In this document: in pieces, positions 1 through 10,400 of the stretch
How positions within the stretch are numbered: the stretch's first letter is position 1
Layout of the letters: the number at the start of each line of letters is the position of its first letter
Origin: Zygnema circumcarinatum SAG 698-1b
Taxonomy: Eukaryota; Plantae; Zygnematophyceae
DNA: 64,000 bases
Assembly (NCBI GenBank): GCA_037447605.1
Contig: CM074814.1
Span: 1,116,001 to 1,180,000, forward strand
Direction of reading: 5' to 3'
Notes under the pieces: generated by a model
Seen by the model: the letters and a program-made list of their open reading frames with translations, nothing else
Databases searched by the model: none
Told to the model about the DNA's origin: nothing
Program-made: the position numbers and the translations under genes

Positions 1-106
1 CTTTCGTCCTCCGAGACCCTTTCCGTTGAACGCCTTCACGTTGAGCGCTGAGCAGGCGGTGGGAGAGAGTGCGCAGTACCGACTCTTGATGCCATATCGA
101 GACCAG

Positions 107-152
<46 letters not shown>

Positions 153-181
153 GTGCCCGTGCCCGTGCCCGTGCCCGTGCC
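107..181. repeat. Hexamer microsatellite (CCATGC)n grading into (CCGTGC)n, with a (GCAT)n run nearby at about 208-233
   Basis: Directly visible: gcccatgcccatgc... then ccgtgcccgtgc...; gcatgcatgcatgcatg follows. Confidence 0.9.
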
Positions 182-416
182 TACGCCTCAGTATTTGCTA
201 TTTGCAACGCATGCATGCATGCATGTGCATGCGATGTGAGCATGTTCTCAAGCTTGAACTGATGCGGGGGACGGAGGGAATGTGGAAAGGAGACGGAGAG
301 AGACGTGGGGGGGGGAGGGGGGAGGCAGTCGCGGAGTGGGCCCGTTGCCGTTTCTGCGTTAACCGTTCTTCCACCGCGTCATTCACGCAGATCTTTTGGT
401 GCAAACCACACCACAC

Positions 417-520
417 CTTTGATAACTCGATATCAGATTCTCGTAGTCGTCATCCAGCTTCAAGAAGCACTCGAAGAAATCCTCGAACTCGTCGATGTGT
501 GTTTGTCGACACCGGTGCCT
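417..520 (-). CDS. Possible isolated coding exon of an unidentified gene (..HIDEFEDFFECFLKLDDDYENLISSYQ..)
   Basis: Minus-strand frame with GC3-rich codons (GAC GAG TTC GAG GAT TTC TTC GAG TGC TTC), ending at a candidate donor AAG/GTGTGG. No family recognised and the acceptor is unclear. Confidence 0.25.
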
Positions 521-2487
521 CCGCCGTCAGGGCGGGTCGCTTAGAGAACCATGGGGGCATGCGGTGCATGCATCGCCATGGCCATGGGGGCCATGGGGGG
601 CATGGGGAGGGCGGCATGGTAGGGCAGGCCGTGAGGGCAGACAGGACCAGAACTGACGGATATAAGGGAAGGGAGCGACATGATGGCATGTGGGCGCGTG
701 GCCATAGCCATGGCCATGAGAAGGAGGTCGGAGACCATGGTGGCATGAGAAGCAGGCGGGGCCATGGGCATGCCATGGCCATGGCGGGCATAACGGAGCT
801 CCGCAGAAGTGTGGGGAACGTGGGTTCTGGGTAGTTAAACTCTTATGATATGGAAGGGAGAGAGGTAGGACGCGGCGTGAAGGCAAGCATGGCCGAGGCG
901 AGGTTCTTCTTGAATTTGAGAAGCAAAAAGGGTGCAAGTTTGTTACAAGAGTTAAAGAGTGAAATTCTGTGGCTGCAATTTTCAACAAGGCGGCAGTAAT
1001 TTTCGCCATTCGCTGGTAAAGAACTATTCGTAAAAAGTAAATTCGACACTCTACTTGTCATAGACAAGTGAGGCCATCTCCTTTTTTTTTCTTTAATTAA
1101 ACTATTCTCGCCTCATATTCTAGGGTACTCTTGAATCAGGAAGTTGACAGCCTGAGTCAAAGAAAACTTCTCGCACTTCAAATGTCGACCGTGCTACAAC
1201 CAACACGCCCTGTTGCATCTCTGCGTACGATCATGCCAGTTCCTAATATCCCTTCAGTGTCAGTTCGACGCTTTGATGAGCAAGCATGCTTTTCCGTCTC
1301 CACCCCTCTTCCTTTCCATCTTCACTTTCTCCCTCCAATTCACCTCCACCCACTCCCTTTCCATCTCCACCCCCTCCCTGCCTTCCACCTGCACCCTTTC
1401 TCTCCCTCCATTTCCTATTTCACTCCTTCCTCGCTCTCTCCACCTCTTTTCATCTCCACTCCCTCCCTCCCTTTCCCTCTCCACCCTATCCCTCTCTTTC
1501 TCTCTCCACACCTTCCCTCCCTTTCCCTCCCCCCCCCCCATGGCACCCCTGCATTCCTCCCCCTCCTATCGTATCACTGCCGGTTCCCTCCTCACGCATA
1601 TGCTTTTGTTTCCTCTACTAAAGACGCTCTTGCTGCCTATACTGCACTGCAACACCGGATTACAGAAAATCCTGAATGCACAATATGCTTCTAAAACGGT
1701 GAAAGCTCCCTAATCTCTTCCACTAAAACTATCAACACCTCCATCCTCTACTCACATAATCCTCCTCGCTTCCACCTGACAGCATTCAAGGGCAGAGGTG
1801 AAGGACAACGACGGGGACAAAGCCAACGAAGTTAAGGAGATGAGAAAATACTGCCTGCGTTTTAAATAAAAATAAACAATCAACAAAAGGCGGCTCCTAT
1901 GACGAGTGTACATTAGCTGGGCATCCCACGCACTTCAGGCCACTAGGAGGCCGGGTTGCGGTCTATGCCTCCGCTGCCTTTCTCACTGATTCATGCACGA
2001 ACAAAAAAGCTATTCAACGTGGCTCCTTAGTTGGAGGAGGCCTCGTAACCAGCCGCACAAAACTTCACCAGCTCCTGTCGTTTACTCCTACTCAAAGAGT
2101 TAGAAAGTCTTCAGCTTTCACTTCCCTATTTCAGGTCCTGCACACTGACACTCTCGACTAACTCGCTCAAGTCCTTCCACCCAATGTCGAATTCAAAGAC
2201 ATGCTTGAGGGAGTGACTGCTGTGCAGAAGAAACCGCCTCGAACAACTGTGAAAAGACTCAGCCAATGCAGAAGCAGCCAGCAACTGCATGGGTGAGAGA
2301 ACAAAATGCCTACGATGAAACACTCCTTCGCCATAACGTAGCCGTTGGCTGCCAGGTCCCTTTAACTCTTGCCCTAAAATAAGTAACTTGCTCGGACAAC
2401 CATTCGTTCACATCATCTAAGTTTCCGGGTCACTGACCGGCGACGACTACGCCTCGGGAATGGTGACTATCCTCAGGTTCAGGCCCT

Positions 2488-3849
2488 TCAGGCATCAGCC
2501 TCCACGACAGCAGGTGCGATTTCCTCCTCGGGAGAGGCCGTAGAAGCGAGCACTTGCTCCTGCTCTTCAGGGACAGTCTCTTCCACTGCGACTTGCACCT
2601 CCTCCTCAATCACCTCAGGAGCTGACTGCGATGCGTCAACAACAACGGAAGGTACGGATTCCGACTTGAACTTGGCCACATAATAGCTGAGAGGTGGCCC
2701 TTTGTATAAGTCCTCTGGGTTGGCAACGTTTGTGCTTCCTACGCTGAAAAGGACTGCAGCAGCGCCCGAGACTGCCGCCACCGCTAAGAAGCCGGAGATG
2801 ATCAATGTTCCTCCACTTCCTTGTGAGGAGGAGCCTTCTGAGTTTGTGCTGATGGCAGAGTCCGCCACATAGATAGTGGGCTGCATGCACCAGAATGCGC
2901 AATTTTTTTCATTTTCCAGATAGAATTGCAGCCGCATGACGTTTCAGTTACGGCAGCTCATTCTGCACTCTTTAATTAAAGAAAAAATAATGAAGTGAGA
3001 CAAGTGCATCCACTGACAGAGCATGATACACACATCGACAGATAGGAATTAAAACCCATTGGATCGGGAAAATATCCATATTTCGCTGCTTCATACAGAC
3101 GAGTTGTAACAATATCATTTTATTGTCAAGCTACATTCTCAAGACATTCAGCAGTTCTGCAATACTTCAAGTTTCACCGTTAAGTTCCATCGGTTCAATA
3201 CATCCACAGCATAACATTCAAAAGTGGCGTATACCAAAAAACGATTGAAAAGCCGAATATTAACGACTCACAATCTCCTTACTACACAGATGAAAGCGTT
3301 GTTCCTCGGAAACGCACCTCAACGGCATAGATATTCTCTTGACCCGCAGTGTCCTTGGTTACGTATCCAGTGACTGCCCGAGTAGGCTTGATCGTGACTT
3401 CCTGCTCAACTTCCTGCTCAGCTCGAATTTGAACCACCTGTTTCACAACGAGCAGTCGAACAAGCAAAAACAAACTAATTATGGTAAATATAACATGCAA
3501 TTACATGTGAAGGGCTTCTGCAAAATGCTCAATTTCGCACATGTTTCTGCTTAGAGCAGCCAAGAATCAACTATGCTCATCGGAGGAGGCTGCCACAGGA
3601 AGCAGTCCAAGAGTTTCTTTGAACGCCACAAAGTCATTGCGTCACGAAAAAGCCAGGACTTGCAGCAAAAGGTCATTGTAAGCTGACCTGCACTCTGTGA
3701 TGTCGGCCCACACGTCTCCCCTCCACGGATCTTAAATTGGCGGAACCAACCTGTTGAATGGAGTTGCTTGATCGAAGAGACTGTGCAGATACCACAGACC
3801 TTGTCTGAATCGCACACGACGATGCTGCTCCCAATGTAATTGCGGCCAT
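2488..3849 (-). CDS. MPH1: MPH1-like thylakoid membrane protein (PSII maintenance under high light); exons 3849-3688, 3437-3318, 2880-2488
   Basis: Spliced product has a Ser/Ala-rich transit peptide (MAAITLGAASSC..), then TGYVTKDTAGQENIYAVE/PTIYVADSAIS, a TM helix (GFLAVAAVSGAAAVLFSVG), YKGPPLSYYVAKFK and an acidic tail. All three junctions are phase-0 GT-AG. Family assigned from recalled motifs. Confidence 0.7.
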
Positions 3850-4366
3850 GTTGCCCTGCTCCTCACTCAACGACCTGCAGCACACTGAGACCAACCTTGA
3901 ATGAAACAGACTCAGAATAAAATACAAAATACATGCTCAACAAGCGCACCTCCCTTCCTTTGAGATCCTGATGTTAATTCTGCTCTGGCAACTTTAGGAA
4001 AAATACGGCTGAATCCAGCAAATGCCTTGCTGCTACAGGCAACAAGCTTCATTGCAGAGTCCAACAGTTCAAGCGTCAATAGCAGCGTCATTCTGCAACT
4101 TAATACAACTCCTACCCTCCTCCTCCGCCCATCCACGGCAATGGGTCCCTCACTCTGACAAGTTTCTGGAACTCACCACCCACAGATTGCTGCTGACGGT
4201 TCCGCCGCCTAGTAAAAACAGCCCAGTGACCACGCTCTCCGGGACAGAGTGATAGAGAGAGGGAGAGAGAGTGCGAAGGAGAGGCGGAGAAACGAGAAGG
4301 CATACCCTTGCCCTCCACTCGTCCAGGAAGAAACCTGGTCTCCATTGCAACAATGCCCGAGACCTG

Positions 4367-4420
4367 CCAATCGCAAGGCGCCACGTAGACAGTTTTGTCC
4401 ACGTGGTCCATCGCCATTGG
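4367..4420. promoter_or_regulatory. Inverted pair of ERSE-type boxes (CCAAT-N9-CCACG), upstream of the MPH1-like gene
   Basis: ccaat cgcaaggcg ccacgtag acagttttgt ccacgtgg tccatcgcc attgg: both halves match the consensus exactly; includes a G-box CACGTG. Confidence 0.6.
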
Positions 4421-4529
4421 TTGGGCCCGCCCTGTTCGCGCGGCCCGGCAGAGGATCGCCCCACAGCGGCGCACAGCCGGCCACGTTGGCGCCAAAATCC
4501 TCCCGACGACGGCCAGCCCGGCATGGAAC

Positions 4530-4660
4530 CCGTCGGCTGTCGTGAATTCAACGGATTTAAACAGCAGCGCTGCTCTGATCATAGAACGATAGTTAAGATT
4601 CCCGTTCGCTGTCGTGAATCTAACGGATTTTAACAGAAACGCTGCTCCGTTGCAGAAGTT
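4530..4660. repeat. Imperfect direct duplication of about 70 bp (ccgt.cgctgtcgtgaat..aacggattt.aacag..cgctgctc)
   Basis: Two similar copies at about 4530-4590 and 4601-4660. Confidence 0.7.
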
Positions 4661-5059
4661 CTACCAGGGTGGTGTGTAAAGCTAGGCTTTATGTGTATTG
4701 TAATGTTAAGATCGTTCGGTTGGGTCGGATTCTTAATTTTGAATGGAAGCAGCTCCTTGTGGAATCTAATATCCAGTAAATCACTGTGAATCAATCTCTC
4801 TTCCTACTGTGAGCCAACCCCTTAGGACGAAAGAACATTCCAGGACTAACGTTCTCCTCTTCCACTGTTGTTCATTACATAGCGATCTTGCAGCACTACA
4901 GGTACAAGGACGCTGCTACTATCGTGGCTACTAAAGAAACTGTACGAAGTATATACATTCACATCTCACAACCATTCCAAAATTCTCCATCGCCTCTTCT
5001 CTATACACAGTCATTCACTCAAACACTTTCAAGATGCCGAATCAGCCCCAGCCTTAGCC

Positions 5060-6797
5060 TTAGACCCCTTTCCTGAATGCGTCCAGCACTGCTGCCGTAA
5101 TCTGTTCCCCAAAAAGCCTTGGCAGGTTGGAAGTGAGGTCGCTTTCGATGCCGTTGGCCCGCACCGCCGCATCGCGCTCTGCGAGGCGCTCCCTCTCCGC
5201 CCCCTCGTCAACGGGGGCTGCTCGCTCTCTCACAGCGTCGAGCCACGTGGCAAGCACACGCCTCGCCAGAGGATGGACAACGTCGCGAATGGCGGCATCA
5301 AGGGGGGCGGTCTCGCCCTCTTCCGACCAGTGAGAGGCGTCCACTGTGAAGAGGAGAGCGGTGGGAGATATGGCGCTGCGGATGTAGAGGGATGGTGTGA
5401 TGTAGCGCTGCAAACGTTTGTCCTCTTCACACTGATGGCACAGCCATAGTCGGAGGAGGGGGAGAGGGAGAGGGAGAGGGAGAGGGAAAGTGAGAGGGAC
5501 AGTGAGAGGGAGAGCGAGAGGTGGAGGGAGAGGTAGTGGTCACTGTTGTGGTTAACAGGTAAGGGGCAGAAAGGAAGCAATAAAAGGTGATAGGTAGGGT
5601 GCAAGGAAATGCTCGATACTGACTGCTTGCCTACAATTCCACCACTACCAGACCCAAAAAATATCGGCATAAAGCACTCTTCTAATTGCAAGACGACGAA
5701 ACGAGGAAGGGACAGATAACAAGGGCTCTATTTCGCCTTAACCCTCCAACAGGAGACCACTGCTAGGATTATTACCTGTTTATAGAGGTCCGGTAGAGGG
5801 CTGTTTTCATAAATTCTATGCAAGTACTCCACATGAAACGACAGATCCTTTCGCGGCAGCAGATCCATCACCATCGTCACTTTCGAAGTTCCGTTAAAAG
5901 GGAATTCAAACAACAGATGCGGAGCATCGGTGCTAGGACCCATAAGCACAACAAGAGTAGCAAAGTTCAATGTTCCGAATGGAAGCTCACAGTGGAGTGA
6001 GGAAAGAAGGACGCGGTCAATCTGGACAGCAACACAAAGAGAGATTGCCGCTGACTCAGAGAATGACTAATCACTTTCCCGAACTAGATTATTCATTTGA
6101 AGTGGAATCGGTGTTCATCTCTGCTTCCAAAAGAAGTATAAAGAAAAAAAAATCTACAGTAGGAGGCTAAAGGACCTTGAAGCAGCCACGTAGCACGGGT
6201 GGTGTATTCATGCATCTCTTACATTTTGATAACTATTCATCTAGGGACCGCTTCAATATTTGTTTTCAGGGGTTTTCCAGCCATACAGGAAGGAGTTCAC
6301 GCATTGTGATACATATCATCACTTGAAAATGCGGAGAAGAACGAAGCAAAGCCTAAGAGAGAAAAAACGCGGAGGTAGAAACCACTCACGTACGATCGAT
6401 CTTTGCCGGCCCACAGCATTACAGAGCCTTCAGCATTGCCATTAGGGTTCCGAAAGCTCCGAACAGCTTCCGCCGTTTGACTTGGAAGAAGGTCGCACCC
6501 AATTTCACGCTTCAGCGTGGTCAGAAGCTCTGACATCATCTCCTGGGCAGCGACACCAATATGTGGGAAGCCGAAGGGCAGACTCTGCACGCTCCCTCTC
6601 TCCTTCTGCCCCTCCGCCATGGCTGCATTCACCGCCGCCCTAGCCCTCAGCATCGCGGTAGAAGACCTTCCAGTCCCAGTTCTCCCGCACCCAGTTCTCA
6701 AATTCCCACGTGTTACAGGCGGATGCAGGTGGATACGCCCTCCGCATGCGACCTTAGGGCTGCAGGCTGCGAGAGAGAAGGAGAGGCATTCTGCCAT
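5060..6797 (-). CDS. RCCR: Red chlorophyll catabolite reductase (RCCR/ACD2); exons 6797-6390, 6021-5776, 5431-5060
   Basis: Spliced protein has a transit peptide, then LPFGFPHIG..MMSELL, GNAEGSVMLWAG, IDRVLLSSLHCELPFG, PSTDAPHLLFEF, MDLLPRKDLSFHVEYLHRIYE, ITPSLYIRSAISPTAL and a C-terminal DLTSNLPRLFGEQITAAVL. All junctions are canonical. Confidence 0.92.
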
Positions 6798-6918
6798 GGC
6801 GGGCTGGCAGACAGAGAGAGGCCCACCCTCCTTCCTCCCCGAGAGGCGAGGGAGGGAGGGTGGGAGGGAGGGCTTCCCCGATGTTCCCCATACAAACAAG
6901 AGGATCCACCATGTGCCC

Positions 6919-6968
6919 TGCCACGTGGCAAACTCGGAACGCCACCGGGCAAGGTAGTGCCACGTGGC
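6919..6968. promoter_or_regulatory. Two palindromic G-boxes (TGCCACGTGGCA at 6919-6930; GCCACGTGGC at 6959-6968) in the RCCR/DGS1 divergent intergenic region
   Basis: Perfect palindromes 120-170 bp upstream of the RCCR ATG. Confidence 0.6.
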
Positions 6969-7160
6969 GAGTGGAGAGAGGCTCCACGACGGACTCCTGT
7001 AAGGGTCGGAGAGGGACCTTTCCAGCTGGCGATCTATGTCCACAGATTTGAACCGAGAACGAGAACGAGGATTTGGAACTGAACTGGCATGTGACCGCCC
7101 AAAGGAAAGCGACTTGGTCTGGAGCCGGCCTGCATTGAGCAGAACGCTGGCGAAATTGAA

Positions 7161-7214
7161 CCAATCAGAGTCTGCCACGTCAGATATCTGGATGACCTGG
7201 CATGCTTTGATTGG
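7161..7214. promoter_or_regulatory. ERSE-type dyad in the RCCR/DGS1 divergent intergenic region
   Basis: ccaat cagagtctg ccacgtca gatatctgga tgacctgg catgctttg attgg; same 5-9-8-10-8-9-5 geometry as 4367-4420, with one mismatch in the right half. Confidence 0.55.
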
Positions 7215-7440
7215 CTGTCGCCTCAAGCAGGGCACCTTCGTCAGTGGAGTTTCTGCAAGCAGCGGGGGTCCTCTCAGCTTGTGTAAGATAAAAGAGAGTG
7301 CAGTTTTTTTGGTTTTTTTTTTCGTTGCAGGAGTGGAGGCCTTTAGATGGGAATGAATATGAAGAAAAGGATGAAAACAGGATTTTTTTGATGCCTTTTT
7401 TGTCTAGAGAAAGGCAGAGTCGTGGTTTGGTCTCAGCACA

Positions 7441-10400
7441 ATGAGCTTCATGGCGGCTGCCCAGAGATATTTCAGCTCGCCAAAGATACGCCCGCAGGAG
7501 GCGTCGCTTCCGCTCATCGCAGAACTCAAGCAGTTGTCGGTGGTGAAGATTTTGGAAAACGGGAGCCAGGGCCAAGAAGAAAGGTGTCTTTCAAGCCTCC
7601 TATCTTGTATGCTTGTGCTGCAGTTGAACTGCGGATATCAATGAGTTTGTTGATATTCGTTGCTGAAGTTAGCTTCTCCTTTTGCTGACTCACATTCACA
7701 TGGCTGTCCGGAGACTTTCAGGGAGCTTGAAGATGTATGCAGCAAAGCACTAGCAACGCTTGAGGACGCAAGCCAAAGCCTCCTTGCAGCTTTACATATG
7801 GTTTGCAAGCATCTGCGTTTTTGGCAAAGAAAATCCCAGGTTTGTGGAAGGAGACCTTCCCTTTCAAAGCATATATTATCAAGCTTTGCTTAATCTGCCT
7901 ACACAAGCAAGATCATCAGCCAATTGACAGTTTGCGGTTTTTTATTTATTGTTTATCAACCGGTCTATGGCTGTGGCGAGGAAGGATTGCCTATAAATCT
8001 TGCAAATTTCTAGTCAAGTGGCTTGAAACACGTCAATAGTTATTTTTCGTTTGTTTTTAGTTCATATTCTATATGAATAGTGTCCTCTTGGTAGTAATAC
8101 AAATGGGCTAAGTACATTCACGTTCTCTATTCTGAACAAGAGAGTCCGATCGTTCTTTGGAAATATGCACGATGAAGTTGTTGCCCGTTTCATTCAACTC
8201 ATGACGCTCTTTATCAAACCAAATATCCTACTTCAGTGACGGTCATGCCTAGTTCGGATAACGACGTACTTCTTGCTCCAAAGAGACAATTTTTCAAACG
8301 TGTGGTACTATTGTTGTCTGCAGGGGCTGCCTCGAAACCAGCTTCGAACAATGGTGTTGGAACGAGGTCCATGGGAGTTTGCCTTGAGCATGACACAATT
8401 CATCAAACGAGCTTTTTCTTCCAGCCCTGACAATCGATCACTTACTGAAATTGCTTCAGCGAGTGTTCGTGAGAGAGCTGCTTTGCTGACCATTCTCAGG
8501 GATCGCATCGCTTCAGCTCTGGGAGAGGTGTGCTTCTCTGTTTTACACAAGTGAAGGCTAATTTCTGTAGAGATTGGCATAGTTTTTGAAAGCTAGGCAT
8601 TATTTACTGGGTCTGTACCTATCTTGGGCTGAAGGAATGCGTTACGATGCTGATGAACAAAGCCCTTTTGCTGCACTATGTACCTTGCTCCTTGCTGATT
8701 CTCGACCTCGCACTGTCTGTAGTGTCCTTTACCTATTCTGTAATCAATCTGCCAGCTATCTGCCAACACCTTTAGTCTTTGGGTTCACAACAACAATCCG
8801 AATTGATGAGTTCACTGACCAAATACCGCTGTTTTTTTCCTGTACCAGGTATACACTATATTGGATGCCTTCACAGTGAGCACTGCAGAAGAAAACTGGC
8901 ACGAGGCTCTCCTATCCGCATTGACTTCTGTGCACAGCGCTCTGGAACAATTAGAAGGATCTTATGACCTCCCTAAGGTTTGCGTTCTTACATTCATTCA
9001 CCATTCTGCTGTGTTATGTAAATCGTCAACTGTTGGATTGTCGCCGAGTGGAAAATGTAGGAGTTTTCAGCGATGTTGTAGAGTAATATTTCGTCAAATG
9101 GGTCTACCGTGTACAGCTCACATTCTAAGACAACGACGGCAGAGGTTCTTAGAAAGGGTTTCATTTCAACGATGCCTTGTCAATTGTAAAGCCACTACAA
9201 TAGACACCTTAATACTCCATCTTGCAGCATTTCTGCCATATGGGCTCTCTCTGTTTCCTATAGCTGTATGTGTTTCGTTGTGCCCAGATTACAAGCGGAG
9301 ATATAAGAAGCAGCATTGCAGCTTTATCGATTGTGCTTGAGCTGCGAAAACACACAGCTGCAGCAAAAGATAGGGAGCGGGATACATCTGCCCTTCGGAG
9401 GCGGATTGAGCAGGCTACAGAACTTGTGGCAGATGACATCAGCAGAGTCCAGGATGGCGTCATGATTCTGGTAATTTTTACAGGCCATCAGCCTTCAATG
9501 TTTCAGGAGGGCTGCCAAATTCCGGTTCACCTTTCATATGCAACGTCAAGTTTTTGTTGCCATGTTTAGTTTCAGCAAATCGCGAGACAAGAAGCAACAA
9601 TTACTCTGGAAGCAAGGCAGTGAATGGTCTCTACCATTTGAGACGATACGCATGTAAATGCTTGTTGCTATCAAGTCTTGTCCTCTTGCATCGACAAAAT
9701 CCTTGCTGTACTTCTGATTTGTCACCTAGGCAGGTCTGCTAGCCATAGGTTGCACACCAACTAGGATGCTTGCAGGAGGTCCGAACTAACATTCGCGTCT
9801 AGAGCTAATCATCTTTGTACGCTTCCGCAGCGAAAATTAACTTGCGAATTATTTTGCATCTGATCCAACCTTCTAGCCAGCGAGTCCATCTTGCCGCAGT
9901 TCGGATTTCTTTGCCTTATGCATTCCCTCATGCGGCTGTAGATGGCTCATTATCGGCGACCCAGCAAAGCAGCAAGACTGTGGGTGCAATATACAGCTGC
10001 AGGTGTGGGCCTTGCGATTGTGTCCAGTTGGCTTATTCGCCATAGTAGGCTTGCTGGGAGCGATGACTTGGAGAGGTGGCTTCATGAAGGCAAACATGCG
10101 ACAGTGACCTTTTACCAAGAACACGCTGTGGCTCCTGTGAGCAAGTCATTCCTTTTTGTTTTCATTTTTTGCAAGGGATTACCCGGTAAAACTTGTATCA
10201 GAGTTTTCGCTGCTTTGAACAAGCGAACGTTGTAGTTACCGCCATCAAGAGAAAGATAACATGGTATGTTTCTACTTGCATACTTATGCAGAACGATAGC
10301 GGTTTAGATTTGTTTACGGTTGTAGTGCACAACACATTTTTGGCACACTCTTGAAAGACTCAGTGACACCAGCTGCTCATCATCTGAATGGGTGGAACTG

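Noticed and set aside
202-834. His/Gly-rich 210-aa ORF and its antisense frames
   Set aside because: Explained by CATG/CCATGG-rich low complexity that keeps several frames open; no family recognised
6798-7235. N-terminal extension of RCCR implied by ORF 6297-7235
   Set aside because: It runs through G-boxes and a CT-rich leader; the ATG at 6797 gives a normal transit peptide
7036-7356. 106-aa ORF as DGS1 exon 1
   Set aside because: No DGS1-like motif, and it overlaps the CCAAT/ACGT dyad that looks like promoter sequence; 7441 is preferred, although the start remains uncertain
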